Part shown: one piece after another, positions 8,594-18,917 of the stretch
Position numbering within the stretch: position 1 is the stretch's first letter
Layout of the letters: each line of letters begins with the position of its first letter
From: an uncultured Pseudomonadales bacterium
Lineage (GTDB): Bacteria > Pseudomonadota > Gammaproteobacteria > Pseudomonadales > Azotimanducaceae
Assembly (NCBI GenBank): GCA_938017975.1
Contig: CALIKQ010000005.1
Location: 29,429 to 93,428, forward strand
Direction of reading: 5' to 3'
DNA length: 64,000 nucleotides
The notes under the pieces: generated by a model
The model's database searches: none
Seen by the model: only the letters and a program-made list of their open reading frames with translations
What the model was told of the DNA's origin: nothing
Made by a program: the position numbers and the translations under genes

Positions 8594-10162
8594 CTAAGAG
8601 CTTGCGGATTGGCCGAACATTTCATTGAGATGCTGCTCTGGTAAGGGGCGAGTCAGTTTTGAGACGATGAAGGTGGTCGCCACCGAGGCAATTTCTCCCA
8701 TGACCGCACAGGAATAGGGATTAGGACCCTCTCCGTACAACCACAGCGCCGAAGTTTCTAACGCTGATCCCGTAAACCACGAGGGATCGATCAACTGTGC
8801 GTGCGCGATGATGAATACGCCAAAGCCGCTGATTAATCCTGCGAAGGCACCCGCGCGGGTCACGCCGCGCCATAAAGCGCCAACAACCAATGGTCCGGCA
8901 AAGGCGGCCATCATGCCGCCGACTCCAATCCAAACAATGAGAGCGACATTAACATCCATGAGGGACCACGCCATGAGCATGCAAATGATGAGAACGACGA
9001 CAGTGGATACTCTTGAAATGAGTAAGATTCGCTGATCGAGCAGCTCTGGGTCTAGATTCGGGTGGAGTTTGGGCGCCAACGTTCGTCGATAAAGGTCGTT
9101 GGCAATAATTTGCGATGAAGAAACAACCAAACCATCAGCGGTGCTCATGACGGCTGACAGTACCCCAACGCCCACAAGGGCCGCGAGCCAGGTGGGAAAG
9201 ATTTCTATAAACAATAGCGGCAATGATTGATTGGGATTTGCACCCTCGGCGTACAACGCGTCACCGAAGTAAGCGCGCGCCAGAAGACCTCCGAGGCCCA
9301 GCATTCCGAGCGTCAAGCCGAAGAGCGCAGCGAGCCGCACAAAAGCGAAGCGATCTTTGGTTGAATCTAGCGCCCATAGTTTATTGCCTAGGTGCGGTAG
9401 CAATCCTAGCGGCATGTGTGCAAAGGCAATGACAAAAATTGACCACCAAGAGTGATAGAGCGGTGTATTAGGATTCAGCGGCGCCGCAAGGTCCGCATCT
9501 TGGGCTTTTAGATTATCGATCAGACCACCAAAGCCGCCATCGACGCCGTAGCCGATCAATGTAAGGACGATCACCAGCACAGCGAGTACAAGCATTAAGG
9601 CGCCCTGCGCGCCGTCGGTCAAAATATCTGCATGAGCACCACCGAGTACGACGTACACAAGTAAAACAATCGTCGTAATCACCAAGGCCCACTCCGCATC
9701 GAGCCCCAGCATGATTTCGAACATGACGACCCCGGATACGAGCTGGCCAGCAAGATAGAAAAACAACACTAATGACAGAATTGAAACCGCGATTCGAAGG
9801 GCATCGGACTGATATCGGTCGCCAAGATATTCTGGAATAGAGCGGTTGCCAAAGCGATTACCTGATGTTGCGATCAGGCGCATGGAGATCAAAATTCCCA
9901 CATAAACGCCGATTGGGTATAGAAAATTGCCCCAGTTTGCGGCTAACCCCCACTCGTAACTGAGTGCGGGAGTCCCTAAAAAAGTAGCGCCACTGGCGGT
10001 TGAGGCAGCAAATGCCAATGCTAGAAAAAATGGACCGTAAGCCCCACGTGCTGTTGCAAAATCATCGGCGTGCTGAATTTTTCGCTGGGCATATAGGCCG
10101 ATGCCAATCATTGCACTGATGTAGAAAAATAAGAATATCCAAGACCAAGTTACTAAGCTCAT
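8594..10162 (-). CDS. Sodium:solute symporter family (SSF) transporter
   Basis: It is a polytopic membrane protein of about 520 aa with an SSF-like N-terminus (..YISAMIGIGLYAQRKIQHADDFATARG). I chose the start at 10162, preceded by GGAGG with a 5-nt spacer. Confidence 0.7.
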   Translation of the reverse strand: MSLVTWSWIFLFFYISAMIGIGLYAQRKIQHADDFATARGAYGPFFLALAFAASTASGATFLGTPALSYEWGLAANWGNFLYPIGVYVGILISMRLIATSGNRFGNRSIPEYLGDRYQSDALRIAVSILSLVLFFYLAGQLVSGVVMFEIMLGLDAEWALVITTIVLLVYVVLGGAHADILTDGAQGALMLVLAVLVIVLTLIGYGVDGGFGGLIDNLKAQDADLAAPLNPNTPLYHSWWSIFVIAFAHMPLGLLPHLGNKLWALDSTKDRFAFVRLAALFGLTLGMLGLGGLLARAYFGDALYAEGANPNQSLPLLFIEIFPTWLAALVGVGVLSAVMSTADGLVVSSSQIIANDLYRRTLAPKLHPNLDPELLDQRILLISRVSTVVVLIICMLMAWSLMDVNVALIVWIGVGGMMAAFAGPLVVGALWRGVTRAGAFAGLISGFGVFIIAHAQLIDPSWFTGSALETSALWLYGEGPNPYSCAVMGEIASVATTFIVSKLTRPLPEQHLNEMFGQSASS

Positions 10163-10409
10163 TGGCACCTCCGGGAACGATTCAAGCACGATCGAGCTTT
10201 TAGGGAAAGGACTGTTAGGCTCTTTTTTGGCGCTAAGCCAGGGCGCGAAAGGTCAGGGTTTCCAATCGGAGCAGATTTAAAACGCAAAAACCATGAGCGC
10301 AGAGCCCTGGGACGTGCAAAGGCAGGTGAGACTCTCAAGGTAATCATTTCTGGTGATGACTCGTTATCCGGAGCTGGACTGCGACCTTTGAAAGGCAGAA
10401 TATCTGGAT

Positions 10410-12926
10410 ATGAAAAAAAATCCGTTCCCAAAGATTCTGGCGCAAAGTTGTTGCTGGTTGCTGCTAATTTGTAGCAATCAACTCATTGACGTTCAGGCAG
10501 CGTCAGCCCCGGGTGCCCAGCAGATTAAGGGTGAGCTAGAGGGCATCCCGATGCATCAAATTGAGGTGTCGACTCGCCCGCATGCCGAGGTCAAGATCGC
10601 TCTTGATGGACGAGTTGACGAAGCGATTTGGCAGGAGATTCCTGCGTTTGACAATATGATTGTGGCGGTGCCTGGCACAGGTGCTAAAGGTGAGTATGCG
10701 ACGCAAATTCGTTGGTTAGCGACCGATAAAGGAATGTATGTATCCGCTGTGATGATGCAGCCCGTTGACACATTGGTCCGCCGTCTGACGCCTCGCGATC
10801 AATTTATCGATCGTGACACCTTTGGTGTGACTTTAGATACATCCGGCGAAGGCCAATTTGCCTATTGGTTCATCGTCGCGTTGGGAGACCCGGTCATGGA
10901 TGGGAAAGTATTGCCCGAGCGCCGGTATACCAACGATTGGGACGGTCCATGGATAGGGAAATCAGCAGAATTTAGCGATGGCTGGAGTGTTGAGATGTAC
11001 CTTCCTTGGGCAATGATGAACCTGCCCGAATCGGATGCAGTTCGTAGCATTGGCTTTGCGGCAAGCCGCCAAGTATCAGGTCAGAATCAGCGCTATCAAT
11101 GGCCTGGACATTCCTATTCCTCTTCAAGATTCGTCACCGCACTCAATACCATGACCTTAGAGGGTGTGGAGCCGCGACAAAGATGGAGTGTCATTCCTTT
11201 TGCCTCGGGTACCCTCGATTCAGCGAGGGACGAAAACGATCTTCGGGTTGGCATGGATGTCAGCTGGCAACCCTTACCGCTTTTGGGGGTTAATGCAACG
11301 CTCAACCCTGATTTTGGGGCTGTGGAGGCAGATGATGTTGTTTTAAACCTGACCGCCCTCGAAACATTTTTTCCAGAGAAACGCTTGTTTTTTCTAGAGG
11401 GTAGCGAAGTTTTTGAAACAACACCGAGGGCCAATTCAGGCAATAGCTTTCGAGAGGTCACGAACGAGAACTTCGCAACCACTTCCCGACGGGTTTTTGT
11501 CAGAGATTTCCTGCCAGCACCCATCAGCTTGCTCAACACCCGAAGAATTGGCGGTACTGCCAACCAAGTTGCGGTCCCGGCGGGTCAGTCTGTTAATCGC
11601 GGCGAGCGAGATCAGCCCACAAATCTGCTGGGCGCAGTGAAGTTGACCGGTGGCCAAGGCGGGTTCCGATATGGTGCTTTGTCTGCGTTCGAGGATGATG
11701 TCGCGTGGTTCGGTTCAGACACTGACGGTGCGTCCGCAGTCATCACGGATTCGGGCAGAGACTTTAGCGTGCTCAGGCTGCTGTACGAGCAGTCTGAGAA
11801 TGATCGATTTGGGGTAGGGTATTTGGGTACCCGCGTCGCTGGTTCGCAATATGACGCTGAGGTCCATGGGATTGACCTTCATTATGGAAAAAAAAGCGGT
11901 GCCTTCGGTGCGGATCTGCAATTGCTTGAAAGCGAGGTCAGAGGCGTGTCGGGAAGAGGGGCCGTACTAGATGTACGATTTGCACCCAGTGCTGCGCTAC
12001 AGCATAAATTCGAGTACGAGTATTTTGACGGCAACGTGGATATTAATGATCTCGGATTTCTTCTGCGCAACAATTATCGCGGCGGACAATACATCTTAGG
12101 GTATGCGAACCCTAAACCAGGTCGTTGGTTTCGATCTACCCGGGGCACTGTTGTTGTTCGTCACCAAGAGAATCTTTCAGATGGTCAGGTTGTTGATCAA
12201 GGGGTGTATTGGCGTAATACGTTGGTATTGAGTGGTCGTAATACGGTTCGTACCGGTCTCGGCTATCTACCGGAGCGGTTTGATGATCGAAATTCTCGAG
12301 GAAATGGCGCTTACAAAACGGTCGATCGTATTTGGTGGGATATGCTTTGGGCGACAGATGCGAGCCGACCGATCAGCCTGTCGTTTGGGTTCGGAGGTCT
12401 GCAAGAAGATTTAGGAGAATGGACTCGGAAATTCCTGATCGGCATGACTGCGCGTCTCTCAGATAGCCTGTATTTTGATCTTGACGTGAGTTACAAACGA
12501 CGGCGAGGTTGGATCGTTTATCAAGGTGGACGTTCCTTCGGCGCTTTTGATGCGGTTGATCTGCAGCCGAGTTTTGACCTGAATTGGTTGATCGCTGCCA
12601 ATCATCAAATCAAATTAAGTTTTCAGTGGGCAGGAGTCAAAGCCTACGAGCAGACCCGTTTTTCAGTACCTTTGAACGATGGTGCATTGCAGTCGGTGGT
12701 TCAAGAGCAAGTACAAGGCAATGATTTTACGGTGAGCCTTCTGACAACCCAATTACGGTATCGCTGGGAAATTGCACCGCTCACAGATTTTTACGTTGTC
12801 TACAATCGAGGCAATCAGTTGCCCCCGACTGAAAGCGATCACTTTTCAGACCTGTTGGGTGATGCGTTCAAAGACCCGATCATTAATTCTTTGGTTGTGA
12901 AACTACGCTATCGTTTTGGTAGCTAG
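10410..12926 (+). CDS. Large secreted/outer-membrane protein, CBM9-like N-terminal domain plus DUF5916-like beta-rich region
   Basis: It has a signal peptide. The motif IALDGRVDEAIWQEIP is typical of CBM9/DOMON-like modules. The long C-terminal region has alternating beta-strand patterns and ends ...VVKLRYRFGS. Confidence 0.45.
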   Translation: MKKNPFPKILAQSCCWLLLICSNQLIDVQAASAPGAQQIKGELEGIPMHQIEVSTRPHAEVKIALDGRVDEAIWQEIPAFDNMIVAVPGTGAKGEYATQIRWLATDKGMYVSAVMMQPVDTLVRRLTPRDQFIDRDTFGVTLDTSGEGQFAYWFIVALGDPVMDGKVLPERRYTNDWDGPWIGKSAEFSDGWSVEMYLPWAMMNLPESDAVRSIGFAASRQVSGQNQRYQWPGHSYSSSRFVTALNTMTLEGVEPRQRWSVIPFASGTLDSARDENDLRVGMDVSWQPLPLLGVNATLNPDFGAVEADDVVLNLTALETFFPEKRLFFLEGSEVFETTPRANSGNSFREVTNENFATTSRRVFVRDFLPAPISLLNTRRIGGTANQVAVPAGQSVNRGERDQPTNLLGAVKLTGGQGGFRYGALSAFEDDVAWFGSDTDGASAVITDSGRDFSVLRLLYEQSENDRFGVGYLGTRVAGSQYDAEVHGIDLHYGKKSGAFGADLQLLESEVRGVSGRGAVLDVRFAPSAALQHKFEYEYFDGNVDINDLGFLLRNNYRGGQYILGYANPKPGRWFRSTRGTVVVRHQENLSDGQVVDQGVYWRNTLVLSGRNTVRTGLGYLPERFDDRNSRGNGAYKTVDRIWWDMLWATDASRPISLSFGFGGLQEDLGEWTRKFLIGMTARLSDSLYFDLDVSYKRRRGWIVYQGGRSFGAFDAVDLQPSFDLNWLIAANHQIKLSFQWAGVKAYEQTRFSVPLNDGALQSVVQEQVQGNDFTVSLLTTQLRYRWEIAPLTDFYVVYNRGNQLPPTESDHFSDLLGDAFKDPIINSLVVKLRYRFGS

Positions 12927-12958
12927 GGTGACGTGCTGGGGTTAGGGTGCAGAAGGGA

Positions 12959-13402
12959 TCAGCCGCTATCGTTGCCGAACAGTAATAGGAAATCGTTGAT
13001 TGGGAATCGAGCGGCTGAACGGTTGGCGGTCTCGTAAATGGCGTCGATTGAGTGTGCGTCGGCGTCTTCGGAAACGCGAAATCCCATAGACCAATCTGGA
13101 AAGAAGCGCGCGCTGATTTCATCCTCGAATAAAACGCTAATGATCTCGTGCCTGGGATCTGAGGTGATGCGCGCGTAGGTGCGTTCAACGGCGTCATCAT
13201 AGCCCTCAATCAGTTGCATAAAGTAGCCGCCGTGATAGAGCAAAGCACCTGTGACCTGTTCTAAACCGTTGGAATGCCGGCAAGCAGCCAAAAGTGTATT
13301 GAGGGCATCAGTGCCGAATGGCTCTGTCGCTCGGCTCAGATAGGTCTTGCTGATCAACTTGTCTCGTGATGGGCCCATTGCGATATTCTTGGATTCAGCC
13401 AT
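12959..13402 (-). CDS. BLUF domain blue-light FAD photoreceptor (stand-alone short form)
   Basis: The BLUF pattern is present: YLSRA....L..LL..C...N....VTGALLYHGGYFMQLIEG......TYARI..DPRH. Confidence 0.75.
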   Translation of the reverse strand: MAESKNIAMGPSRDKLISKTYLSRATEPFGTDALNTLLAACRHSNGLEQVTGALLYHGGYFMQLIEGYDDAVERTYARITSDPRHEIISVLFEDEISARFFPDWSMGFRVSEDADAHSIDAIYETANRSAARFPINDFLLLFGNDSG

Positions 13403-13653
13403 TTCAGGTAGGTTCCTCGATCACGAATCAATACGGCCAGGCCGTCGCTGTTAATCTAATGCTGGGGTTTGGAAGAACAGATTCTACCAAAGATTCGCTA
13501 TTTTCGAAGCCCCAAGTCCCAGTTGGCTGGTAAGGCTTATTGCAGTGCTAAGCCAAGCTTCGGCGACCTGTGGTATTGTCTAAAAAGTCTTGGGCGTCAG
13601 CGCTCGGCGTGCCTAACAGTATGCGTCATCAAATCAATGGAGAGGAATCCTCA

Positions 13654-14865
13654 ATGAAGGCTAACCCAGAAACTGCGGGGTTTTCCCGGGATCGATTAAG
13701 CCGACTCAGCGCACATCTTGAGAAAAATTATCTGGAGACCGGGAAGATAAAAGGCTGCCAGACGTTGGTTGCCCGGCGCGGGGTTGTTGCCCACTTTAGT
13801 TCATTGGGCTTTGCCGATGAAGAACGCGCGCTAAAGGTTGCCGAGGACACAATTTTTAGAATCTATTCAATGACGAAACCGGTCACATCAGTGGCCCTGA
13901 TGCAGCTCTATGAACGGGGAATGTTTCAGCTGAATGACCCGATCTCACGGGTCCTGCCCGAATGGAAGGATCCAGAGGTCTATATCGGAGGTCAAGGTGA
14001 TCAAGTTCTGACGGAGCCGAGTCGCGGACCTATCACTTTCCGGCATGTGCTTAGTCACACTGCGGGTCTTAGTTACGGAAATGGCGAGCATGCTGTTGAC
14101 GATTGTTACCGCGCAGCGGGCCTTGGCCGAAGGTCGGACTTTACCTTGCGAGAATTCGTCAAGGTGCTGGCGGGGATGCCGCTCCGATTTCATCCGGGGC
14201 AGGCTTGGCTTTACTCTTATGCGACCGACGTGTGTGGACATCTCGTCGAGGCGCTCTCAGGACAATCTCTTGACGAGTATTTGCAGTCGAATATCTTCGA
14301 ACCGCTTGAAATGGTGGATTCTGGATTTCATGTTCCTGAATCGAAACTCGAGCGATTTGCCGCGAACTATACTCGGCGTCCCGATCGCTCACTCGCTCTG
14401 ATCGATGATCCAATGAAAAGTACATATGGCGAACCACCAGCATTTCTTTCCGGGGGTGGAGGGCTTGTCAGTACCACTACGGATTACTTCAATTTTTGCG
14501 AAATGCTCCGCCAGGATGGTCAATTTCGAGGCCAAAGAATAGTCAGTCCGAGAACGCTTGAGATGATGACGCTGAATCATTTGGGGGCAGGTCAGGACCT
14601 GAGTAGCATGGCGCTGGGTAGTTTTTCTGAAACAGCGTACGAGGGAATCGGTTTTGGTTTGGGATTTGCGATGAATCTTGGAGAAGTTGCGTCTGGGCAG
14701 ATTGGGGATGGAGATTTTTACTGGGGCGGTGCTGCTTCCACGATTTTCTCCATTGATCCTCGAGAGGAGTTGGTCATTATATTTATGACGCAGTTAATGC
14801 CTTCATCGACCTTTAACTTTAGAGGTCAATTGAAGAACATTGTGTATGGCGCGCTAGACAACTAG
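13654..14865 (+). CDS. Serine hydrolase, beta-lactamase/esterase (class C-like) family
   Basis: The S-x-x-K nucleophile motif appears as YSMTKPVTS. Length is about 400 aa. I chose the start at 13654 with GGAGAGGA upstream. Confidence 0.7.
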   Translation: MKANPETAGFSRDRLSRLSAHLEKNYLETGKIKGCQTLVARRGVVAHFSSLGFADEERALKVAEDTIFRIYSMTKPVTSVALMQLYERGMFQLNDPISRVLPEWKDPEVYIGGQGDQVLTEPSRGPITFRHVLSHTAGLSYGNGEHAVDDCYRAAGLGRRSDFTLREFVKVLAGMPLRFHPGQAWLYSYATDVCGHLVEALSGQSLDEYLQSNIFEPLEMVDSGFHVPESKLERFAANYTRRPDRSLALIDDPMKSTYGEPPAFLSGGGGLVSTTTDYFNFCEMLRQDGQFRGQRIVSPRTLEMMTLNHLGAGQDLSSMALGSFSETAYEGIGFGLGFAMNLGEVASGQIGDGDFYWGGAASTIFSIDPREELVIIFMTQLMPSSTFNFRGQLKNIVYGALDN

Positions 14866-14994
14866 GATAACTGGGGATGCGCTGGGTCGGTTTGCAGTTT
14901 TCAGACTGCGCGGCCTTGAGCTGGGTTGGACGAGAAAAGCTGGCTAGCGAATTGCGTGAATCAGCCAAATCAATTTGAGATGAAAAGGACGATT

Positions 14995-15840
14995 ATGAGC
15001 GAAGAATTTAAAACGATACGATACGAGGCCGAAAAAAATGGCGTTGCCCGCATTGTGATAAGCCGTGACGAGGCTCGCAACGCGCAGAATCGTGAGATGA
15101 CGTATGAGTTGAATACCGCATTTGATCGGGCTGCGCAGGATAATGATGTAAACGTCATTGTGCTGGCGGCGGACGGGAAGCATTTTTCATCAGGCCATGA
15201 CCTTCGAGATCGTGCCAAATTGTCTGAGTTTGAAACCGTTGGCACTTGGGGTGGGTTTGAATTGCCCGGGTCTGAGGGATCGATGGCGGTGGAAGAAGAG
15301 ATTTACCTTGGCATGTGCTGGCGTTGGCGGAACCTTCCAAAACCAATCATCGCTGAAGTTCAGGGGAAAGTCATTGCCGGCGGCCTCATGCTAATTTGGG
15401 TGTGCGACATGATCATCGCCAGCGACGATGCAACCTTTTCTGATCCGGTGGTCGCTTTTGGAGTCAATGGCGTTGAGTATTTCGCGCACCCTTGGGAGGT
15501 TGGTGTCCGAAAAGCCAAGGAGATGCTGTTCACGGGTGAGCCGATTTCGGCTGAAGAAGCCAAAGCATTCGGAATGGTAAACCATGTGGTTGCCCGTGAC
15601 GATTTGACCCATTTTACAACCGAGATGGCCGAACATATCGCCCAGCGTCCCAGTTTTGGGTTAAAGCTCGCCAAACAATCCGTGAATCAAATGCAGGACA
15701 GCCAAGGGCTTTGGACAGCGCTGCAGTCGGCAATGTCGCTTCAGCAGCTTGGGCACGCCAATAACCAGCAAGTGCATGGCATGGCGGTTGATCCGCGTGG
15801 GGCTGAGATCATAAGAGCTCAGGCGAAACAGAAAAGCTGA
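14995..15840 (+). CDS. Enoyl-CoA hydratase/isomerase (crotonase) family protein
   Basis: The crotonase fold pattern is present (NGVARIVISRDEARNAQN..., FSSGHDL). The start at 14995 has AAAGGA upstream. Confidence 0.75.
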   Translation: MSEEFKTIRYEAEKNGVARIVISRDEARNAQNREMTYELNTAFDRAAQDNDVNVIVLAADGKHFSSGHDLRDRAKLSEFETVGTWGGFELPGSEGSMAVEEEIYLGMCWRWRNLPKPIIAEVQGKVIAGGLMLIWVCDMIIASDDATFSDPVVAFGVNGVEYFAHPWEVGVRKAKEMLFTGEPISAEEAKAFGMVNHVVARDDLTHFTTEMAEHIAQRPSFGLKLAKQSVNQMQDSQGLWTALQSAMSLQQLGHANNQQVHGMAVDPRGAEIIRAQAKQKS

Positions 15841-16044
15841 TCCTTCGTCTATCAGACGTTGATGGTTTTCCTTGGATGCCTTGCCGTCAAAGGCTAGTGA
15901 GGGTTAGCCATAGCCGATCCTAAGGCGCTCTGATCGTGTAAGTAATAGCGGCAACGGGGCAGGGAAGTTGTTGACGGGGGCATTGGCCCTGCCTTGGTTA
16001 GGGTGGGCCTCTCCCGTATGACAAAATATCAGTTGGAATCGCCC

Positions 16045-16881
16045 TTAATCGTGCTTTTTTTCTGTACGGTAGTCTCCGAACTTTTCATCGCGCGAGCTCA
16101 GTGCGTCGGTCAGCCCAGCCGCCAGCTCTTTAAAGTGGGCTTGCGTAGACTCGGTGTGAAAAGCCAGGGCCTGAATCTCCGTCCCGGACCGGATTGCGGC
16201 TCGGACGCCCATGAGTTCCATTTGACGGTGCACGGCGCGTTTGTTCATCTGTTGAAGATCGGTCGGCACTTTGGCAACTCGTGAAGCGATATCCAGCACC
16301 TCGACCTCAAGGTCATTAGAGGGAAATGCTCGGTTGGCAAAACCCTGCTCTGCGGCCTCGATGCCCGAAATCGCATCGCCAGTGAGCATCATTTCCATAG
16401 CGTTTCTTAACCCTAGTAGATGCGGGAAAAACTGATTATCAGGGGGACTCATCGAACGTACAACGGGATAGCCAATCTTGGCGTCTTCGGCAACGTAGAC
16501 CAAGTCGCAGGAAGTCGCAAGCTCGGTGCCGCCCGCCAGGCAGTAGCCGTGGACCTGTGCGATGACTGGTTTGGCGAGATCCCATACCCTAAAAAAACCA
16601 TCGACCACGTGTCGCGCCCAATTACCGTCGCCAGGAGCGGTGTGAAACGGTTGGTCTTGCCGATTGTTTGCTTTTAAATCATAGCCCGCACAAAAAGCCT
16701 TGCCGGCGCCTCGAATGATGGTCACTTTGACATCCGGGTCGTAGTCGTTTGACTCCAGCGTGCTGTAAATTTCTGTCCGCAATTGATTGTTCAAGGCGTT
16801 GCGCGAATCAGGACGATTCAACGTAATACGGCTGACGCCAGGTCTAGGTGTATCTTTGATAATGTGCTGGAAATCAGTCAT
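16045..16881 (-). CDS. Enoyl-CoA hydratase/isomerase family protein
   Basis: Family blocks are VSRITLNRPDSRNALN, GAGKAFCAGYDL and LAGGTELA. I chose the internal ATG at 16881, which gives an 8-nt overlap with the upstream gene. Confidence 0.75.
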   Translation of the reverse strand: MTDFQHIIKDTPRPGVSRITLNRPDSRNALNNQLRTEIYSTLESNDYDPDVKVTIIRGAGKAFCAGYDLKANNRQDQPFHTAPGDGNWARHVVDGFFRVWDLAKPVIAQVHGYCLAGGTELATSCDLVYVAEDAKIGYPVVRSMSPPDNQFFPHLLGLRNAMEMMLTGDAISGIEAAEQGFANRAFPSNDLEVEVLDIASRVAKVPTDLQQMNKRAVHRQMELMGVRAAIRSGTEIQALAFHTESTQAHFKELAAGLTDALSSRDEKFGDYRTEKKHD

Positions 16882-17449
16882 TGGAAATACTCCGCCTCGC
16901 TTTTTCTTTGGCCAGCCTGATGGTGTCTGATTCAAGGGGCTTGGAAACCCGGCTGGGGTCGAGGGTGCCTTGAGCGTGTTCGCGCATTTTTGCACCGTCG
17001 TAAGTGATCCATTTAACAGGTGTAATTTCGAGTACGATTCGAAGCGGTGAATCGAGCATGGTCTCAAAAGCTTTCACTTCTTCGGGTGTGCCACGAATCG
17101 CGTTAGCTAGCTCAGGATAAAACCAATCTTTGATTTCTCTGCTGTCGTGGATTTGACAGGTGCCTTTAATCGTAATGGACTTTCCGGGCCCCATCGAAGT
17201 TCCCTTCGAGGTAATAACTACTGATGCTTTAGGATTTCTTCGAAGGGCTGATACCCGGTGTCTGTGTGCACCAGCAGTGATCCAGATTTTACCCTTACGG
17301 AAAATATAGGAATGAACAACGCCCATGGGCCAACTGTCCTTTGTGGACCAGTTGAGAACGCATTCTTTTTGCTCGAGTAGCAAGGCATCTCGATCTTCGG
17401 GGTCAAGATAATAGATCGATACCATTTCATGATCTTCTGCTTTTTCCAT
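16874..17449 (-). CDS. Pyridoxamine 5'-phosphate oxidase-like FMN-binding split-barrel family protein
   Basis: The size (191 aa) and pattern (...ECVLNWSTKDSWPMGVVHSYIFRKGKIWITAG..RHRVSALRRNPKASVVI) fit general PNPOx-like proteins. This is a family-level call only. Confidence 0.45.
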   Translation of the reverse strand: MEKAEDHEMVSIYYLDPEDRDALLLEQKECVLNWSTKDSWPMGVVHSYIFRKGKIWITAGAHRHRVSALRRNPKASVVITSKGTSMGPGKSITIKGTCQIHDSREIKDWFYPELANAIRGTPEEVKAFETMLDSPLRIVLEITPVKWITYDGAKMREHAQGTLDPSRVSKPLESDTIRLAKEKARRSISND

Positions 17450-17599
17450 GTTGTTCCTCTACTCCAGTGCTTTTTACAAAATAGTGTGGGTCATTGCGCA
17501 TTCAGCGTTCGGTGAGCTGCATGCTCGAGCAAGGGATTGAAAACGCCCAAACATCTCGCCGCGGAAAATCAACCGCGTGCCTGCAAGCAAACACAATCT

Positions 17600-18802
17600 C
17601 TAGTGCGCGGTAAAAAAAGTTTTTTGATGCGTTTCAAAGAGTGCTTTGAGGTCTTCATCCTTTGCGTTGAGTAACAGATCTACCCAATGGTGAAAGTGAT
17701 GCCCGCCGCCCTCGTTTTTACCAAATAGGACAAAATCCTTACCGCCTGACTCGAGCGCCCGTTGCTGCTTCAATCCAGTGGCATAGTCCTCTTGTTCGAC
17801 AACGTATTTGAGGAATTCAAACTGGGTCTTTGCTTCAGCTGCTCGTGCTTCATCGGGCTCGTTTTCCATGAGATAGTGCTGAATGGTGATCGAGGAACCA
17901 GGCGTTTCGCCGGGAAACAATTGCGAGAGCATGATGCTTCTGCCGCCGCCGTCAAAGCTCGCGATAGAGATGTGCGGAAAAATCGTCCAGACACCTGCTG
18001 TCAGTGCATCATCGGGCCAGTCCTCGACGGGACGATTTTTGAATTCCGCGAGCCTTGGATCAGGGCCTGCCACGCGCTGATGAGGTCCCCAGTTGTAATA
18101 GTTTGCTCGATTGGGGTAATCGGGGCCAAAGGTGTCCTTGTGCAAAATCGGAAGATGGTAGAGATCCATGTAGCCGTCGTACGCGATTTTCCAATTTGGT
18201 CCTTCCACCGCTTGGCTCGCAAAATAATGCCAGTTTTCAAAACCAAACTGTGCCAGTAGCGCATCATATCCTGACAGGAAGGTCTCGATGGGTAAGCTGC
18301 TGTCTCGATTTAAAGTCACCCAGATCAGTCCTGCGCGCTCTAGACACGGCAATGGGGTGAGGTTGTAACAGCTTTTATCTAAGTCACCGAAGTCCTTGTT
18401 GGCGTATATCGCGGTTAAGTCACCCTCAAGACTGTAGGTCCAAGCATGGTAAGGGCAGGTAAAACGGTGCGTGTTACCTCGTCCTACTGGCATGATTTGG
18501 GCGCCTCGATGGCTGCACATGTTGAAGAATGCTTGAATAGTGCCATCGCTCGATCGACTGATCAGCACCGGGGTGCCCGCAGCGTCGAGTGCTTTATAAT
18601 CTCCTGGATTCGGAAGCTCTGCGGTTGTTGCCAGTAGTAAGGGGACCCGTTTAAAGATTTTATCCATCTCTTGACCCCAACGGTCAGGGTCGAAATAGTG
18701 CGACGCAGGGACCTTATGAAAATTATCCGTCTGCTGAATGGTTCCCGCCTCGGCATGCTCAAGGTTGCTCTTCGCGATGGTCACGAGTTGTTCCTTTGAC
18801 AT
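17600..18802 (-). CDS. Rieske [2Fe-2S] non-heme iron oxygenase, alpha (catalytic) subunit
   Basis: The Rieske motif is C-S-H-R-G...C-P-Y-H-A-W. The mononuclear iron motif is D..YH....H (YMDLYHLPILH). The start at 18802 has GGAG 6 nt upstream. Confidence 0.8.
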   Translation of the reverse strand: MSKEQLVTIAKSNLEHAEAGTIQQTDNFHKVPASHYFDPDRWGQEMDKIFKRVPLLLATTAELPNPGDYKALDAAGTPVLISRSSDGTIQAFFNMCSHRGAQIMPVGRGNTHRFTCPYHAWTYSLEGDLTAIYANKDFGDLDKSCYNLTPLPCLERAGLIWVTLNRDSSLPIETFLSGYDALLAQFGFENWHYFASQAVEGPNWKIAYDGYMDLYHLPILHKDTFGPDYPNRANYYNWGPHQRVAGPDPRLAEFKNRPVEDWPDDALTAGVWTIFPHISIASFDGGGRSIMLSQLFPGETPGSSITIQHYLMENEPDEARAAEAKTQFEFLKYVVEQEDYATGLKQQRALESGGKDFVLFGKNEGGGHHFHHWVDLLLNAKDEDLKALFETHQKTFFTAH

Positions 18803-18917
18803 AGCGAACTCCATAGGTTGAAAAAGTTTAAAAGTCTGTTGTGACTTGACCTTCTCCTCATTAAACCGGCAAGCTTGACGGTTTTCAAGCATTCAAAATT
18901 AAGCAGGTGGAACGAAT

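Noticed and set aside
16882-17067. N-terminal extension of the crotonase ORF 16045..17067, overlapping the PNPOx-like gene
   Set aside because: The crotonase fold begins at MTDFQHIIKD... (ATG 16881). The extension is an out-of-frame overlap with the upstream real gene.
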